From Eubacteriales bacterium (GTDB lineage Bacteria > Bacillota > Clostridia > Oscillospirales > RGIG5299), in the NCBI GenBank assembly GCA_045588575.1, contig JAZNEJ010000005.1:2269-66268 (forward strand): 64,000 nucleotides of DNA. The letters are read 5' to 3'. Below, one piece after another: positions 55,370 to 64,000 of the stretch (position 1 is its first letter; each line of letters opens with the position of its first letter). The position numbers and the translations under genes were made by a program. The notes under the pieces were generated by a model that saw nothing but the letters and a program-made list of their open reading frames with translations, made no database searches and was not told where the DNA came from.

Positions 55370-56548
55370 TTAACCCGTAACGGCTTTCCAAATTGAAGAA
55401 AGGTAGAAAAGAAAGCCTGCTTTTAAAACGCCTTCTTCGGTGATTACGGGAAGACGCATAATTACCTCACCGTCAAGAGAGTAAACCGCTTCACCGACGG
55501 TTTGATTTTGCTCAACAGGCGCCAAAACACAGTCGGGAAGAATAATTTCTCTTGTTATTTCATTTGCTTTTCCCTTGGGAAGCAAAATTCCGCCGCTGTT
55601 TTTTATTTTTGCGGTAACCTCTTTTTTAACACCCTTTTTAACGGGAATAAAAAAGGTTTCACTGCTGTCTAACGAAACTTTTTCATAGTTTGCAAAGCCG
55701 TAATCCAAAAGCTTTGTTGCTTCTTCAAAGCGAATATTGCCCGAGGGCGCGCCCAAAATAACGGCAATAAGCTCAACGTCGTTTCTTAAAGCAGATGCCG
55801 AAATGCAGTTTTTTGCAAGGTCAGTCGAGCCTGTTTTAAGTCCGGTTGCACCGCTGTAAAATCTAATAAGACGGTTGGTGTTAACCAAATCGAACTTTCC
55901 GTCGCGAAGCGAATCCATCCAAATAACGCTGTATTCTCTTATTAAATCGTGTTTTAAAAGCTCTCTGGACATTAAAGCAATATCTCGTGCCGTAGACATA
56001 TGCCCGTCAACGTCAAGACCGCAACAGTTTACAAAGGTGGTATTTTCTAATCCCAAAGCCTTTGCTTTTTCATTCATTTTGCTAACGAAAGCTTCCTCGC
56101 TTCCCGCAATGTGCTCGGCCAAAGCAACCGATGCATCGTTTGCCGAAGCAACGCAAACAGCCTTTAAAAGCTCGTTAACCGTCATTTGCTCGTGCTCTTT
56201 TAAATATATTTGCGAGCCGCCCATTTGTGATGCCTTGGTTGAAGCGGTAACGGTATCGGAAAGCTTAAGATGTCCGCTTTCTATTTCCTCCATTACCAAA
56301 ATAAGAGTCATAACCTTGGTTATGCTTGCGGGATGCCGAAGCTCGTCGGGATTTTGCTCGTATAAAACCGTGCCGCTTTCGGCATCAATTAAAATTGCCG
56401 CCGCACAGTTAAGCGCGGAAAGCGAGCCTATTGTGGGAACCGATGCATCCGTTTCGACGTCATCGGGCTCGTAATTTCCGCCCGCAAATGCGCCTATTGA
56501 GAAAATAAACAAAAAAATCGCAGTGATTAATATGAAAAAACGTTTCAC
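55370..56548 (-). CDS. Serine-type D-Ala-D-Ala carboxypeptidase (PBP5 class)
   Basis: Signal peptide, SxxK (ASITKVMT), SxN (SANDAS) and KTG (LKTGST) motifs. Confidence 0.88.
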   Translation of the reverse strand: MKRFFILITAIFLFIFSIGAFAGGNYEPDDVETDASVPTIGSLSALNCAAAILIDAESGTVLYEQNPDELRHPASITKVMTLILVMEEIESGHLKLSDTVTASTKASQMGGSQIYLKEHEQMTVNELLKAVCVASANDASVALAEHIAGSEEAFVSKMNEKAKALGLENTTFVNCCGLDVDGHMSTARDIALMSRELLKHDLIREYSVIWMDSLRDGKFDLVNTNRLIRFYSGATGLKTGSTDLAKNCISASALRNDVELIAVILGAPSGNIRFEEATKLLDYGFANYEKVSLDSSETFFIPVKKGVKKEVTAKIKNSGGILLPKGKANEITREIILPDCVLAPVEQNQTVGEAVYSLDGEVIMRLPVITEEGVLKAGFLFYLSSIWKAVTG

Positions 56549-56700
56549 TTATATCTTTCCTTTCATTTTTTAAAATTTTATGATAAAAAACATCGGCTTA
56601 TAACCTTATTTTTTAAAAAAAGCGATAACTTTCTTGACATCCGTAATTATATGGTATAATATAAATAATAATATAAAATCAAAAATTGGGAGAAAAAAGA

Positions 56701-57567
56701 ATGAAAATACTTATAGCAGGCGGAAACGGAAATTTAAAAAATACGTCGGCAAGATATTTCAATTTAAAATATGAGGTATATGCTCCGTCGGAGTTGGACG
56801 TTTCTTCAAAGGAAGAGGTTTTCGACGAGGTTTTGGCATTTATGCCTGATGTTGTCTTCTTTTTTCCTCCCGTAACAGATGAAAAGAAGGCAATTGAAAA
56901 TCCCGATGAGACGTTTAAGAAAAACGCCTATGCGGCAGGCCTTTTTGCCGTTGCGGCAAGCTCAATAGGAGCGGCAACGGTGCTTTTCTCGTCATATAAG
57001 GTTTACGGCAAAAACTACGAAATTGCATATAAGGAAACCGATGAATTAAATCCCGAAACCGTTTTGGGAAAATGTCTTTTGGAAGCCGAAAAGCAGGTAA
57101 TGCTAAACCCCAAGCATTTCATTTTGCGATTGGGCGAGGTTTTCGATACCGATAACGGTATAATGGAAGCGCTTGAAAGTGTAATCGGCAAAGAGGGAAT
57201 TTTAAAAATTTCCGACGATAAAAAGGGTAGCTTCGTTTCTGCGCATTCGGCGGCTTTAATAGCCGATAAGCTGATTGACGAGGGCGAATACGGCGTTTAT
57301 AACGCCGCTCTTTCGGGCGTGGGCAGCTGGTTTTCGCTTGCCAACGAAATATTCCGTCATTTAGACGCCGACGTTAAAACCGAGGGTGTTGAGTCGAAGG
57401 ATTTAAAGGGCGGAGCGGCTTTTGAAATATGCGAGCTTTCGCTTAAAAAGCTTATAAAAACCCTTAAAACAACACCGCTTGACTGGCACGACGAATTAAA
57501 GCATATTATAGAAGAAAAGCTTATGCTTCGTCAGGCAGAGGATGCGCTCAGGAGTGAAGAAAAATGA
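56701..57567 (+). CDS. RmlD/NAD-epimerase-fold protein, apparently degenerate
   Basis: Rossmann-like start MKILIAGGNGNL. The region aligned to the catalytic YGxTK reads LGKCL. ATG 56701 follows a GGGAGA RBS. Confidence 0.55.
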   Translation: MKILIAGGNGNLKNTSARYFNLKYEVYAPSELDVSSKEEVFDEVLAFMPDVVFFFPPVTDEKKAIENPDETFKKNAYAAGLFAVAASSIGAATVLFSSYKVYGKNYEIAYKETDELNPETVLGKCLLEAEKQVMLNPKHFILRLGEVFDTDNGIMEALESVIGKEGILKISDDKKGSFVSAHSAALIADKLIDEGEYGVYNAALSGVGSWFSLANEIFRHLDADVKTEGVESKDLKGGAAFEICELSLKKLIKTLKTTPLDWHDELKHIIEEKLMLRQAEDALRSEEK

Positions 57568-58478
57568 TATATAACAATATAACAGAGCTTATAGGAAACA
57601 CCCCGATTGTAAGACTTTCGGCGCTTTCAAAAATTTACGGCCTTGAAACACCCGTTTTGGCAAAGCTTGAAAAGGCAAACCCTGCGGGAAGCTCGAAAGA
57701 CAGAGTAGGCTACGAGATGATAGTCGATGCCGAAGAAAAAGGCATTTTAAAGGCAGATAGCGTAATAATCGAGCCCACCAGCGGAAACACGGGCATAGGT
57801 CTTGCAATGACTGCCGCCGTTAAGGGCTACCGCTTAATTTTAACAATGCCCGAATCAATGAGCAAAGAGCGCCGCGACCTTTTAAAAGCCTACGGCGCCG
57901 AGCTTGTTTTAACTCCCAAGGAGGAGGGAATGCAGGGCGCGGTTAATAAGGCAAACGAGCTTAAAAAGCAGTTTAAAAACTCCTTCATTCCATCGCAGTT
58001 TGATAATCCCGCCAACCAAAGAGCGCACGAAAAAACCACCGCAAAGGAAATTATTGAAGCAACGGGCGGCGAAATTGCCGGCATAGTTGCCGGAATAGGC
58101 ACGGGCGGCACGCTTTGCGGCACGGGCAAGGTCTTGAAGGAATATAACGAAAATATAAAAGTAATAGGCGTAGAGCCTTATGAAAGCCCGTTAATTACCG
58201 AGGGAAGAGCGTCAGGCCACGAAATTCAGGGAATAGGAGCAAACTTTATTCCCGGAAACTACAACGAAAAAATCGTAGATAAGGTAATTGCCGTTAAAGG
58301 TGAGGACGCCAAAAAACTGGCAAAAGAGCTTGTGAGAACCGAGGGAATTTTATGCGGAATTTCATCGGGTGCCGCTCTTTATGCGGCAATAATGCTTCAA
58401 AAGGAAACAAGGCTTCCTTATCTTGCAATATTGCCCGACAGCGGTGAAAAATATCTTTCAACGGGAATTTACGGTTAA
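57564..58478 (+). CDS. cysK: Cysteine synthase A (O-acetylserine sulfhydrylase)
   Basis: NPAGSSKDR (PLP lysine), PTSGNTGIGLA and GIGTGGT motifs. Confidence 0.93.
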   Translation: MIYNNITELIGNTPIVRLSALSKIYGLETPVLAKLEKANPAGSSKDRVGYEMIVDAEEKGILKADSVIIEPTSGNTGIGLAMTAAVKGYRLILTMPESMSKERRDLLKAYGAELVLTPKEEGMQGAVNKANELKKQFKNSFIPSQFDNPANQRAHEKTTAKEIIEATGGEIAGIVAGIGTGGTLCGTGKVLKEYNENIKVIGVEPYESPLITEGRASGHEIQGIGANFIPGNYNEKIVDKVIAVKGEDAKKLAKELVRTEGILCGISSGAALYAAIMLQKETRLPYLAILPDSGEKYLSTGIYG

Positions 58479-58489
58479 GGGGAAACAAA

Positions 58490-59131
58490 ATGGATTTAAA
58501 GCAATATAAAAAAGTCGGCGCGGTAATAGCAATGGAAAGCGAAGCAGAGCCGATTTTAAAAGCAATTCCTTTAAAGAAAATAGCTGAAAAGCCCTTCGTG
58601 ATTTATAATGAAAAAAATCTTTACGTTATAGTAAGCGGAGTAGGAACTTTATCGGCAGCAATGGCGGCAAGCTATTTAATAAGCGTTGTGGGCTGCGATG
58701 CTCTCGTTAATTTCGGCGTTTGCGGCTACACGGGCAAAGAAGCGTGGCACGGAATTCTTTTCTCGGTTGAAAAAGCCTTTAAAAGAGACGTTGACTGCAC
58801 TCTTTTGGGCTATGAAAAATATGCTTATCCTCACGAAAGCGCCTTTTTAACGTTGCCGAGAGATAAACAACTTCCCGCTTGCGATTTATATACTTCCGAT
58901 GAATTTATAGGCAAGGAAAGCGACGTTCCCAAGGGCGTTTTGGTGGATATGGAGGGTTATTCCGTGGCTTATGCGGCAAACCGCTATAACGTGCCTTGTT
59001 ATCTTTACAAATCGGTTTGCGACAGCACCGACGAAAACGTCGACCGTGCAAATTACGACTCCAAGCTCGACGGCGCAATAGTGGGTATGGAAGAATATAT
59101 AAACAAAATGTTTATTGATTATCTTGCTTAA
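58490..59131 (+). CDS. PNP/UDP-1 family nucleosidase (MTA/SAH nucleosidase-like)
   Basis: IAMESEA, VSGVGTLSAA and VDMEGYSVA motifs resemble the MtnN family. Specificity is uncertain. Confidence 0.62.
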   Translation: MDLKQYKKVGAVIAMESEAEPILKAIPLKKIAEKPFVIYNEKNLYVIVSGVGTLSAAMAASYLISVVGCDALVNFGVCGYTGKEAWHGILFSVEKAFKRDVDCTLLGYEKYAYPHESAFLTLPRDKQLPACDLYTSDEFIGKESDVPKGVLVDMEGYSVAYAANRYNVPCYLYKSVCDSTDENVDRANYDSKLDGAIVGMEEYINKMFIDYLA

Positions 59132-59190
59132 ATCAAAAAAATATGTTATAATATAAGTTAAGATAATCTTTTAAGAAAGAAGGATTTAAG

Positions 59191-59478
59191 TTGGCAGAAG
59201 AAATTTTAAGATATAAAGATGTTCCGCTCGTTCGTTCGGGAGATATAATTTACTACGGCGACCCTGCTGAAAAATACATAATTATGCTTCAGGTAACCGA
59301 TAAGAGCAAGCTTAAAGACATAACCTTGGCAAAGAAAATTATGGTAACTCTTCAGCTTACCGATACCGACATAAAAGCAACCGACAGAATTATTAAAAAG
59401 TCGGAAAAAACGAGCTTTTACGCCGCAATGGATATAGCGGATATTTGGCTTACAAGAGCAAAAGCCGGCAAGGTTTAA
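59191..59478 (+). CDS. Hypothetical 95-aa protein
   Basis: TTG start 6 nt after a GAAGGA RBS. I recognised no motif. A strong terminator follows. Confidence 0.45.
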   Translation: MAEEILRYKDVPLVRSGDIIYYGDPAEKYIIMLQVTDKSKLKDITLAKKIMVTLQLTDTDIKATDRIIKKSEKTSFYAAMDIADIWLTRAKAGKV

Positions 59479-59481
59479 AAT

Positions 59482-59515
59482 AAAAGGGAATGGAGAAAGC
59501 TCCATTCCCTTTTTT
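59482..59515. terminator. Bidirectional terminator (hypothetical gene / sigG)
   Basis: Perfect 10-bp stem GGGAATGGAG/CTCCATTCCC with an AAAG loop, flanked by A and T runs. Confidence 0.7.
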
Positions 59516-60284
59516 ACAGCTCTTTTTTAATTTTATCTAAAGCGGCCTTTTCAAGACGTGAAACCTGCGCCTGCGAAATTCCTATTTCGGAAGCTACTTC
59601 GGTTTGTGTTTTTCCAACGAAAAACCTAATCCAAAGAATTTTTTTCTCTCTTTCCGAAAGATGCTCAATGCTTTCCTTTAAGGCGAATTCCTCAATCCAG
59701 TTAAGCTCTCCCGAGTTTTCGTCTTTAATTGAATCCATAACGCAAAGAGAATCGCTGCCGTCGGTTGAAACCGGCTCGTGAAGCGAAATTGGGTCGGCAA
59801 TGGCATCAAGAGCCTCGGTAATATCACACGCTTTAACCTCCAAAATCTTCGCAACCTCCTCGGTTGTGGGCTCTCTGCCTTTTTCTTTTATAAACCGCTC
59901 CTTAACGCTTAACGTTTTATAGGCAAGGTCTCTTAACGAGCGCGATACTCTTATGGGGTTGTTATCACGAAGATATCTGCGAATTTCACCTATAATCATC
60001 GGCACTGCGTAGGTAGAAAATTTAACGTTTAAATCGGTGTTGAAATTGTCAACCGATTTTATAAGTCCAATGCACCCGACTTGAAAAAGCTCATCGGGAT
60101 TTTTGCCTCTGAAAGAGAATTTTTGAACAACGCTTAAAACCAATTTCAAATTTCCGTTTATAAAAGTTTCTCTTGCCTTTTTATCGCCGTTTTTAATTTT
60201 TGAAAGTAAAATTCTTTTTTCGTCCTCGTTTAAAACGGGCAATTTCGAGGTGTTAACCCCCGAAAGCTCTACCTTGTTATACAA
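59514..60284 (-). CDS. sigG: Forespore sigma factor SigG
   Basis: Collinear with B. subtilis SigG: VELSGVNTSKLPVL, FQVGCIGLIKS, FSTYAVPMIIGEIRRYLRDNNPIRVSRSLRD and ISQAQVSRLEK. TTG start. Confidence 0.93.
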   Translation of the reverse strand: MYNKVELSGVNTSKLPVLNEDEKRILLSKIKNGDKKARETFINGNLKLVLSVVQKFSFRGKNPDELFQVGCIGLIKSVDNFNTDLNVKFSTYAVPMIIGEIRRYLRDNNPIRVSRSLRDLAYKTLSVKERFIKEKGREPTTEEVAKILEVKACDITEALDAIADPISLHEPVSTDGSDSLCVMDSIKDENSGELNWIEEFALKESIEHLSEREKKILWIRFFVGKTQTEVASEIGISQAQVSRLEKAALDKIKKEL

Positions 60285-60289
60285 AAAAT

Positions 60290-60320
60290 CCCCTCCGTCA
60301 ATGATTATTGACGTAAGGGG
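60290..60320 (-). promoter_or_regulatory. Hairpin covering the sigG Shine-Dalgarno (terminator-like)
   Basis: Minus strand reads CCCCTTACGTCAAT-AATC-ATTGACGGAGGGG, then ATTTTTTG, which ends in the TTG start. The 3' arm contains the GGAGGGG RBS. Confidence 0.5.
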
Positions 60321-60340
60321 AAAAAATAATCTCGGAAAAA

Positions 60341-61036
60341 TCAGGAAATTTTCATAAGCTCTTTTTTAAGCTTTGCAAAAATCTTCTTTTCAAGACGCGA
60401 TATGTACGATTGCGAAATAGAAAGCATATCCGCAACCTCTTTTTGAGTGAATTCTCTGCCCGAAAAACCGAAACGCAGCTCGGTAATTTGCCGTTCTCTC
60501 GGCGAAAGGGAAGAGAGAGCCGATTTTAAAAGCTCCGACTCTATTTCGCTTTCAAGCCTATGTCCTATATCACTTTCGTCGCTTTGCAAAATGTCGGCAA
60601 GTAAAAGCTCGTTTCCGTCGGAATCGGTGTTAAGCGGCTCGTCTATTGAAATATCGGTGCGGTGCGATGCGTTTTTTCTTAAAAACATAAGAATTTCGTT
60701 TTCAATGCATCTTGAAGCGTAGGTTGCAAGCTTAATGCTTTTATCTGCCTTAAAGGTGTTAACCGCTTTTATAAGCCCTATTGTGCCTATTGAAATAAGG
60801 TCCTCGATGTTTATTCCCGTGTTATCGAATTTTTTTGCAATGTAAACCACAAGACGCAAATTGTGCTCAATAAGACGTTCGCGCGCATTTCTTTCGCCCG
60901 ATGCCGAAAGCGCGGCAAGAGAAGCCTCTTCTTCCGAAGAAAGCGGCGGCTTTAAGGTGTCGGGAGAGGAAATATAGTGAAGAAATCCAAAACCGAAAAG
61001 CTTGCCAAAAAGCAATCTTAACTTAAAAAGCAACAT
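60341..61036 (-). CDS. sigE: Mother-cell sigma factor pro-SigE
   Basis: Collinear with B. subtilis pro-sigma-E: hydrophobic pro-sequence, [14 protein letters not shown]-type region, [24 protein letters not shown] and [11 protein letters not shown]. Confidence 0.93.
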   Translation of the reverse strand: MLLFKLRLLFGKLFGFGFLHYISSPDTLKPPLSSEEEASLAALSASGERNARERLIEHNLRLVVYIAKKFDNTGINIEDLISIGTIGLIKAVNTFKADKSIKLATYASRCIENEILMFLRKNASHRTDISIDEPLNTDSDGNELLLADILQSDESDIGHRLESEIESELLKSALSSLSPRERQITELRFGFSGREFTQKEVADMLSISQSYISRLEKKIFAKLKKELMKIS

Positions 61037-61051
61037 TGAAAATCAGTCCTT

Positions 61052-61927
61052 TTAAAGAAAAATTGAGGGATTAAGTAAAACGGGATATTTCCCCAAAGGC
61101 ACCGTTGAAACGGCAATAACGGCCTGCCTTGCAACGTTTCCGTAGCCTTTGATTTTAATACTGTCAACAGGGAAGGCAAAAAGCATTTTATTGCCCGCCG
61201 CGGTTTTTGCGAAAACCGTTCTCAGCTTTTTTAAAAGCTCGGGCGGAAGAAAGGGAATTTCGTTCGTTTTTTCAAATATTTCAACGCTTTTAAGCTCGTC
61301 GGGCAGTGCGGGAGCAATCACCGAATGGTCGCAAATGATAACGGGAAAACCGTAAAATCCTTCGGTTAGGCTGTTGCCGGTATCGCAAAGAGCCTTTGAA
61401 ACAAAGCTTTTTCCGAAAACGGTAACCGTTACCTCGCATGAAAACGGAGAATCGAAGCACGGAGGCTTTATTTTTGAAATAAAAAAGCAAAGGGCGGCAA
61501 AGAAAAACGCAATTAAAAAAACTGCGGTGAAAGAAAGGTCGAAATAAAAGCTTCCGTCAAAAAGATAAAAAATACTGCCGAGCGGCGTAAAAAAATAAAT
61601 TAAAAGGGTAACGGCGCCGAAAGCAAGTGAAACGCCTAAAAAAAGCAGATTGCAAATAATGAAATTTTTAAGCTTTTTGTAGCCGAAAACGATAAAAACG
61701 GTAATAAGTAAAGAAATAATATCGAATATTAAAGAAAGAAAAAAGGGCAGGGAAATAAAATAAAAAACAGTGGCATAAAGCGAACCGAAAAGAGCGCCAA
61801 GCAAAATTCTGAAGAAAAAAACCTTATATTTTAAAATCAGCTGGCACACCGAAATAACGAAGAAATCAACGGTAAGATTTGTTAAAAACATAACGTCGGC
61901 ATAAACGTCGTATTCCAAATTTTCCAC
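61052..61927 (-). CDS. spoIIGA: Sigma-E processing peptidase SpoIIGA
   Basis: Five N-terminal TM helices and a C-terminal aspartic protease region (ALCDTGNSL). It lies directly upstream of sigE. The start is ambiguous (GTG 61927 or TTG 61918). Confidence 0.87.
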   Translation of the reverse strand: MENLEYDVYADVMFLTNLTVDFFVISVCQLILKYKVFFFRILLGALFGSLYATVFYFISLPFFLSLIFDIISLLITVFIVFGYKKLKNFIICNLLFLGVSLAFGAVTLLIYFFTPLGSIFYLFDGSFYFDLSFTAVFLIAFFFAALCFFISKIKPPCFDSPFSCEVTVTVFGKSFVSKALCDTGNSLTEGFYGFPVIICDHSVIAPALPDELKSVEIFEKTNEIPFLPPELLKKLRTVFAKTAAGNKMLFAFPVDSIKIKGYGNVARQAVIAVSTVPLGKYPVLLNPSIFL

Positions 61928-61950
61928 TCCCTTGTTTTTTAACTGACTGA

Positions 61951-61984
61951 ATTATAGCATCTTTGAGCGGGTAATTTTTGTCAA
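61951..61984 (-). promoter_or_regulatory. spoIIG-type promoter with 22-nt spacer
   Basis: Minus strand reads TTGACA (61984-61979), a 22-nt spacer, then TATAAT (61956-61951). The TTTGACA overlapping the -35 resembles a Spo0A box (TTCGACA) at 6 of 7 positions. Confidence 0.55.
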
Positions 61985-62135
61985 AATAAGCCTTAAAAAA
62001 TTCTTTTTTAAAAAATATTTTCAATTCGCTTCTTAAATATTAAAAAATATTATTATAATATTATTAAAAAAAGAGGAATTTTTAAAATTCAGAGATATAT
62101 ATTTTAGTAAAGATTTTTTAAGGAGGTAATTTTTG

Positions 62136-62702
62136 ATGAAAGTTGTTTTTGTTTCGGGAAGTCCCAACGAAAACGGAACGACCTCAAAGCTTTTTGATTT
62201 AATAAAAAAAGACCTTACAGACGTTGATATAGTAGATATAAATGCGGGCAAAGCGGTGGCTTCGGCAAAATATCCTTTTTGTGTTTGCTGCTCAACACCC
62301 TGCAATAAATCCTGCTTTGCGGGAAGCGAGCTTGAAAAAGCTTTTGAAGAAATTTCCACGGCAGATTTCGTTGTTTTCGGAAGTCCAACCTATTTCGGCG
62401 CACCTTCGGCGCAGCTTAAAGCGTTTTTTGATAAAACGAGAGATGTAAGAAACAAAAGAAGCTGGGTTGGAATTCCCACGGCTGCGGTTTCAAGCGGCGG
62501 CTCGAAATACGGCGGTCAGCAGGCAACCGTTTGCGACATACATAATATGTGCCTCGTTCACGGTATGACCATAGTGGGCGACAGCTCTGTTGAAACGGGT
62601 GTCGGCCATTTCGGCTTGTCATCACACCGAGAAAATTTCGATGAATACACCTTATTAAGAGCAAAAGCACTTGCAGAAAGAATAATGAGCTTCAAAAAAT
62701 AA
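62136..62702 (+). CDS. Flavodoxin-fold FMN reductase / iron-sulfur flavoprotein-like
   Basis: MKVVFVSGSPNENGTT start, FGSPTYFG FMN-binding region, and a compact Cys cluster CVCCSTPCNKSC. Confidence 0.72.
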   Translation: MKVVFVSGSPNENGTTSKLFDLIKKDLTDVDIVDINAGKAVASAKYPFCVCCSTPCNKSCFAGSELEKAFEEISTADFVVFGSPTYFGAPSAQLKAFFDKTRDVRNKRSWVGIPTAAVSSGGSKYGGQQATVCDIHNMCLVHGMTIVGDSSVETGVGHFGLSSHRENFDEYTLLRAKALAERIMSFKK

Positions 62703-62725
62703 AGATATAAAAAGGGGGATTTTTC

Positions 62726-63772
62726 TTGGAAAAAACCATAAGAGAAATAACCGAAGAAAGAGAATACGAACTTCTTTCACCCCTTGCATCTAAAAGCAGG
62801 GAAGCAAAAAGAGAAAATGAAGACGAGCCTTGTCCTCTTCGCACCGAATTTCAAAGAGACGGCGACAGAATAATTCATTCAAAGGCATTCCGCCGATTAA
62901 AGCATAAAACGCAGGTTTTCTTGGCGCCCGAGGGCGACCATTACAGAACCCGACTTACTCATACGCTTGAGGTAAACCAAATAGCGAGAACGATAGCGAG
63001 AGCGCTTTATTTAAACGAATATTTAACCGAAGCAATAGCACTTGGACACGATTTGGGCCATTCGCCCTTCGGCCACGCCGGCGAAAGAGCGCTCGATTCA
63101 GTTTGCCCTCTCGGATTTTCACATAACGAGCAATCGGTTAGGGTTGCCAAAAAGCTTGAAAAAAACGGAAAAGGCTTAAATCTCACAAACGAATGCTTGG
63201 ACGGAATAAGATGGCACTGTGTTGACGGTGCGGCAAACACTCTTGAAGGACAAATCGTCCGTTACGCCGATATGATTGCTTTTATAAATCACGATATCGA
63301 CGATGCAATAAGAGGCAGAGTTATTTCAAAAGAAGATATTCCCGATGAAATTTCTCAAATAGTGGGCTATCGCCATTCGGAAAGAATAGGCGCGATGATA
63401 AACGCAACGGTATCGGAAAGCCGCAAGAGAATGGCAAAGGCAATTGAGAACGGCGCGGGCGTTTCGCAAGGAATCATAGACCTTGAGCCGACCGTAAGAA
63501 AGGCTCTTTTCGACCTTAAAGATTTTATGTTCAAATATGTTTACCTCGGAAGCGAAGCAAAAAAAGAAGAGGGCAAGGCGGTTGAAATAGTTAAAACGCT
63601 TTACGGTTATTTTTCAAAAAATCCCGAAAAGTTAACGGGCGAATATAAAGAAATTTTTGTAAACGAAGGTCCCGAAAGAGCGGCGCTCGATTACGTTGCT
63701 TCAATGAGCGACGGTTATGCGGTTTCGCTTTTCTCGGAAATTCACATACCAAAGAAGTGGCAGCTTTTGTAA
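62726..63772 (+). CDS. dgt: dGTPase-like HD-domain triphosphohydrolase
   Basis: FQRDGDRIIHSKAFRRLKHKTQVF...RLTHTLEV...GHDLGHSPFGHAGE motifs. TTG start after a GGGGGA RBS. Confidence 0.87.
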   Translation: MEKTIREITEEREYELLSPLASKSREAKRENEDEPCPLRTEFQRDGDRIIHSKAFRRLKHKTQVFLAPEGDHYRTRLTHTLEVNQIARTIARALYLNEYLTEAIALGHDLGHSPFGHAGERALDSVCPLGFSHNEQSVRVAKKLEKNGKGLNLTNECLDGIRWHCVDGAANTLEGQIVRYADMIAFINHDIDDAIRGRVISKEDIPDEISQIVGYRHSERIGAMINATVSESRKRMAKAIENGAGVSQGIIDLEPTVRKALFDLKDFMFKYVYLGSEAKKEEGKAVEIVKTLYGYFSKNPEKLTGEYKEIFVNEGPERAALDYVASMSDGYAVSLFSEIHIPKKWQLL

Positions 63773-63803
63773 AAAGCTAAAAGAGAAGGAAAGGGGGAGA
63801 AAA

Positions 63804-64000
63804 ATGGCGAAAATTCCCGAAAGCTTTATAAGAGAAGTTATAGACAGAAACGGAATAGAAGAGCTTATAGGAAGCTACGTGCAATTAAAAAGAAGCAGCG
63901 GAAATTTTGTTGGATTATGTCCGTTTCACTCGGAAAAAACACCGTCTTTCACCGTTTTCCCCGATTCAAAATCGTTTTATTGCTTCGGCTGCGGCACAGG
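63804..64000 (+). CDS. dnaG: DNA primase (5' part, leaves window)
   Basis: MAKIPESFIREVIDRNGIEELIGSYVQLKRSSGNFVGLCPFHSEKTPSFTVFPDSKSFYCFGCG is the classic CHC2 zinc finger. A GGGGGAGA RBS precedes it. Confidence 0.9.
   Translation, partial: MAKIPESFIREVIDRNGIEELIGSYVQLKRSSGNFVGLCPFHSEKTPSFTVFPDSKSFYCFGCGT

Noticed and set aside
1-64000. Scan for CRISPR arrays, transposases, integrases, phage modules, toxin-antitoxin or known defence genes
   Set aside because: I found no repeat-spacer periodicity, no terminal inverted repeats and no recognisable mobility or defence protein motifs. The only repeat is the ~68-nt 5' duplication of the zinc-ribbon genes.

Overview
This 64-kb chromosomal window comes from a spore-forming Firmicute that looks Clostridia-like (spoIIGA-sigE-sigG, T-box ileS leader, preQ1-I riboswitch on queT, FakA/DegV genes). 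I call about 62 protein genes, 2 tRNAs, 2 riboswitch-type leaders, several near-consensus sigma-A promoters and many intrinsic terminators. I saw no CRISPR array, transposase, integrase, phage gene or long repeat. Most genes are housekeeping: uvrB-uvrA, ileS, folA-thyA, pyrE, pyrC-F-K-D, hprK-murB-rapZ-whiA-dnaE-pfkA, cysK and dgt-dnaG. The stand-out is a ~15.6-kb lipid-centred block (5.7-21.3 kb). Its core is a tightly coupled seven-gene operon (5762-11254) that I cannot assign to any named pathway. That operon encodes two zinc-ribbon membrane paralogs, an acyl-adenylating enzyme fused to a carrier domain, a protein with two complete PlsC/LPLAT acyltransferase domains, a free carrier protein, a PLAAT/LRAT-type Cys-His acyltransferase strikingly like the mammalian enzymes, and a small membrane protein. 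Around it sit three membrane-anchored alpha/beta hydrolases (one with a GxCxG elbow), a GT2-GtrA fusion, a fakB-fakB-fakA-plsX operon, a polysaccharide deacetylase and an Sfp-type PPTase. I propose a carrier-protein-dependent membrane-lipid acylation or remodelling system. A second lipid-related oddity is a membrane protein plus a stand-alone DUF2156 (MprF C-terminal-like) gene pair coupled to pfkA. All family names come from motifs read by eye and from memory. No database search was possible.
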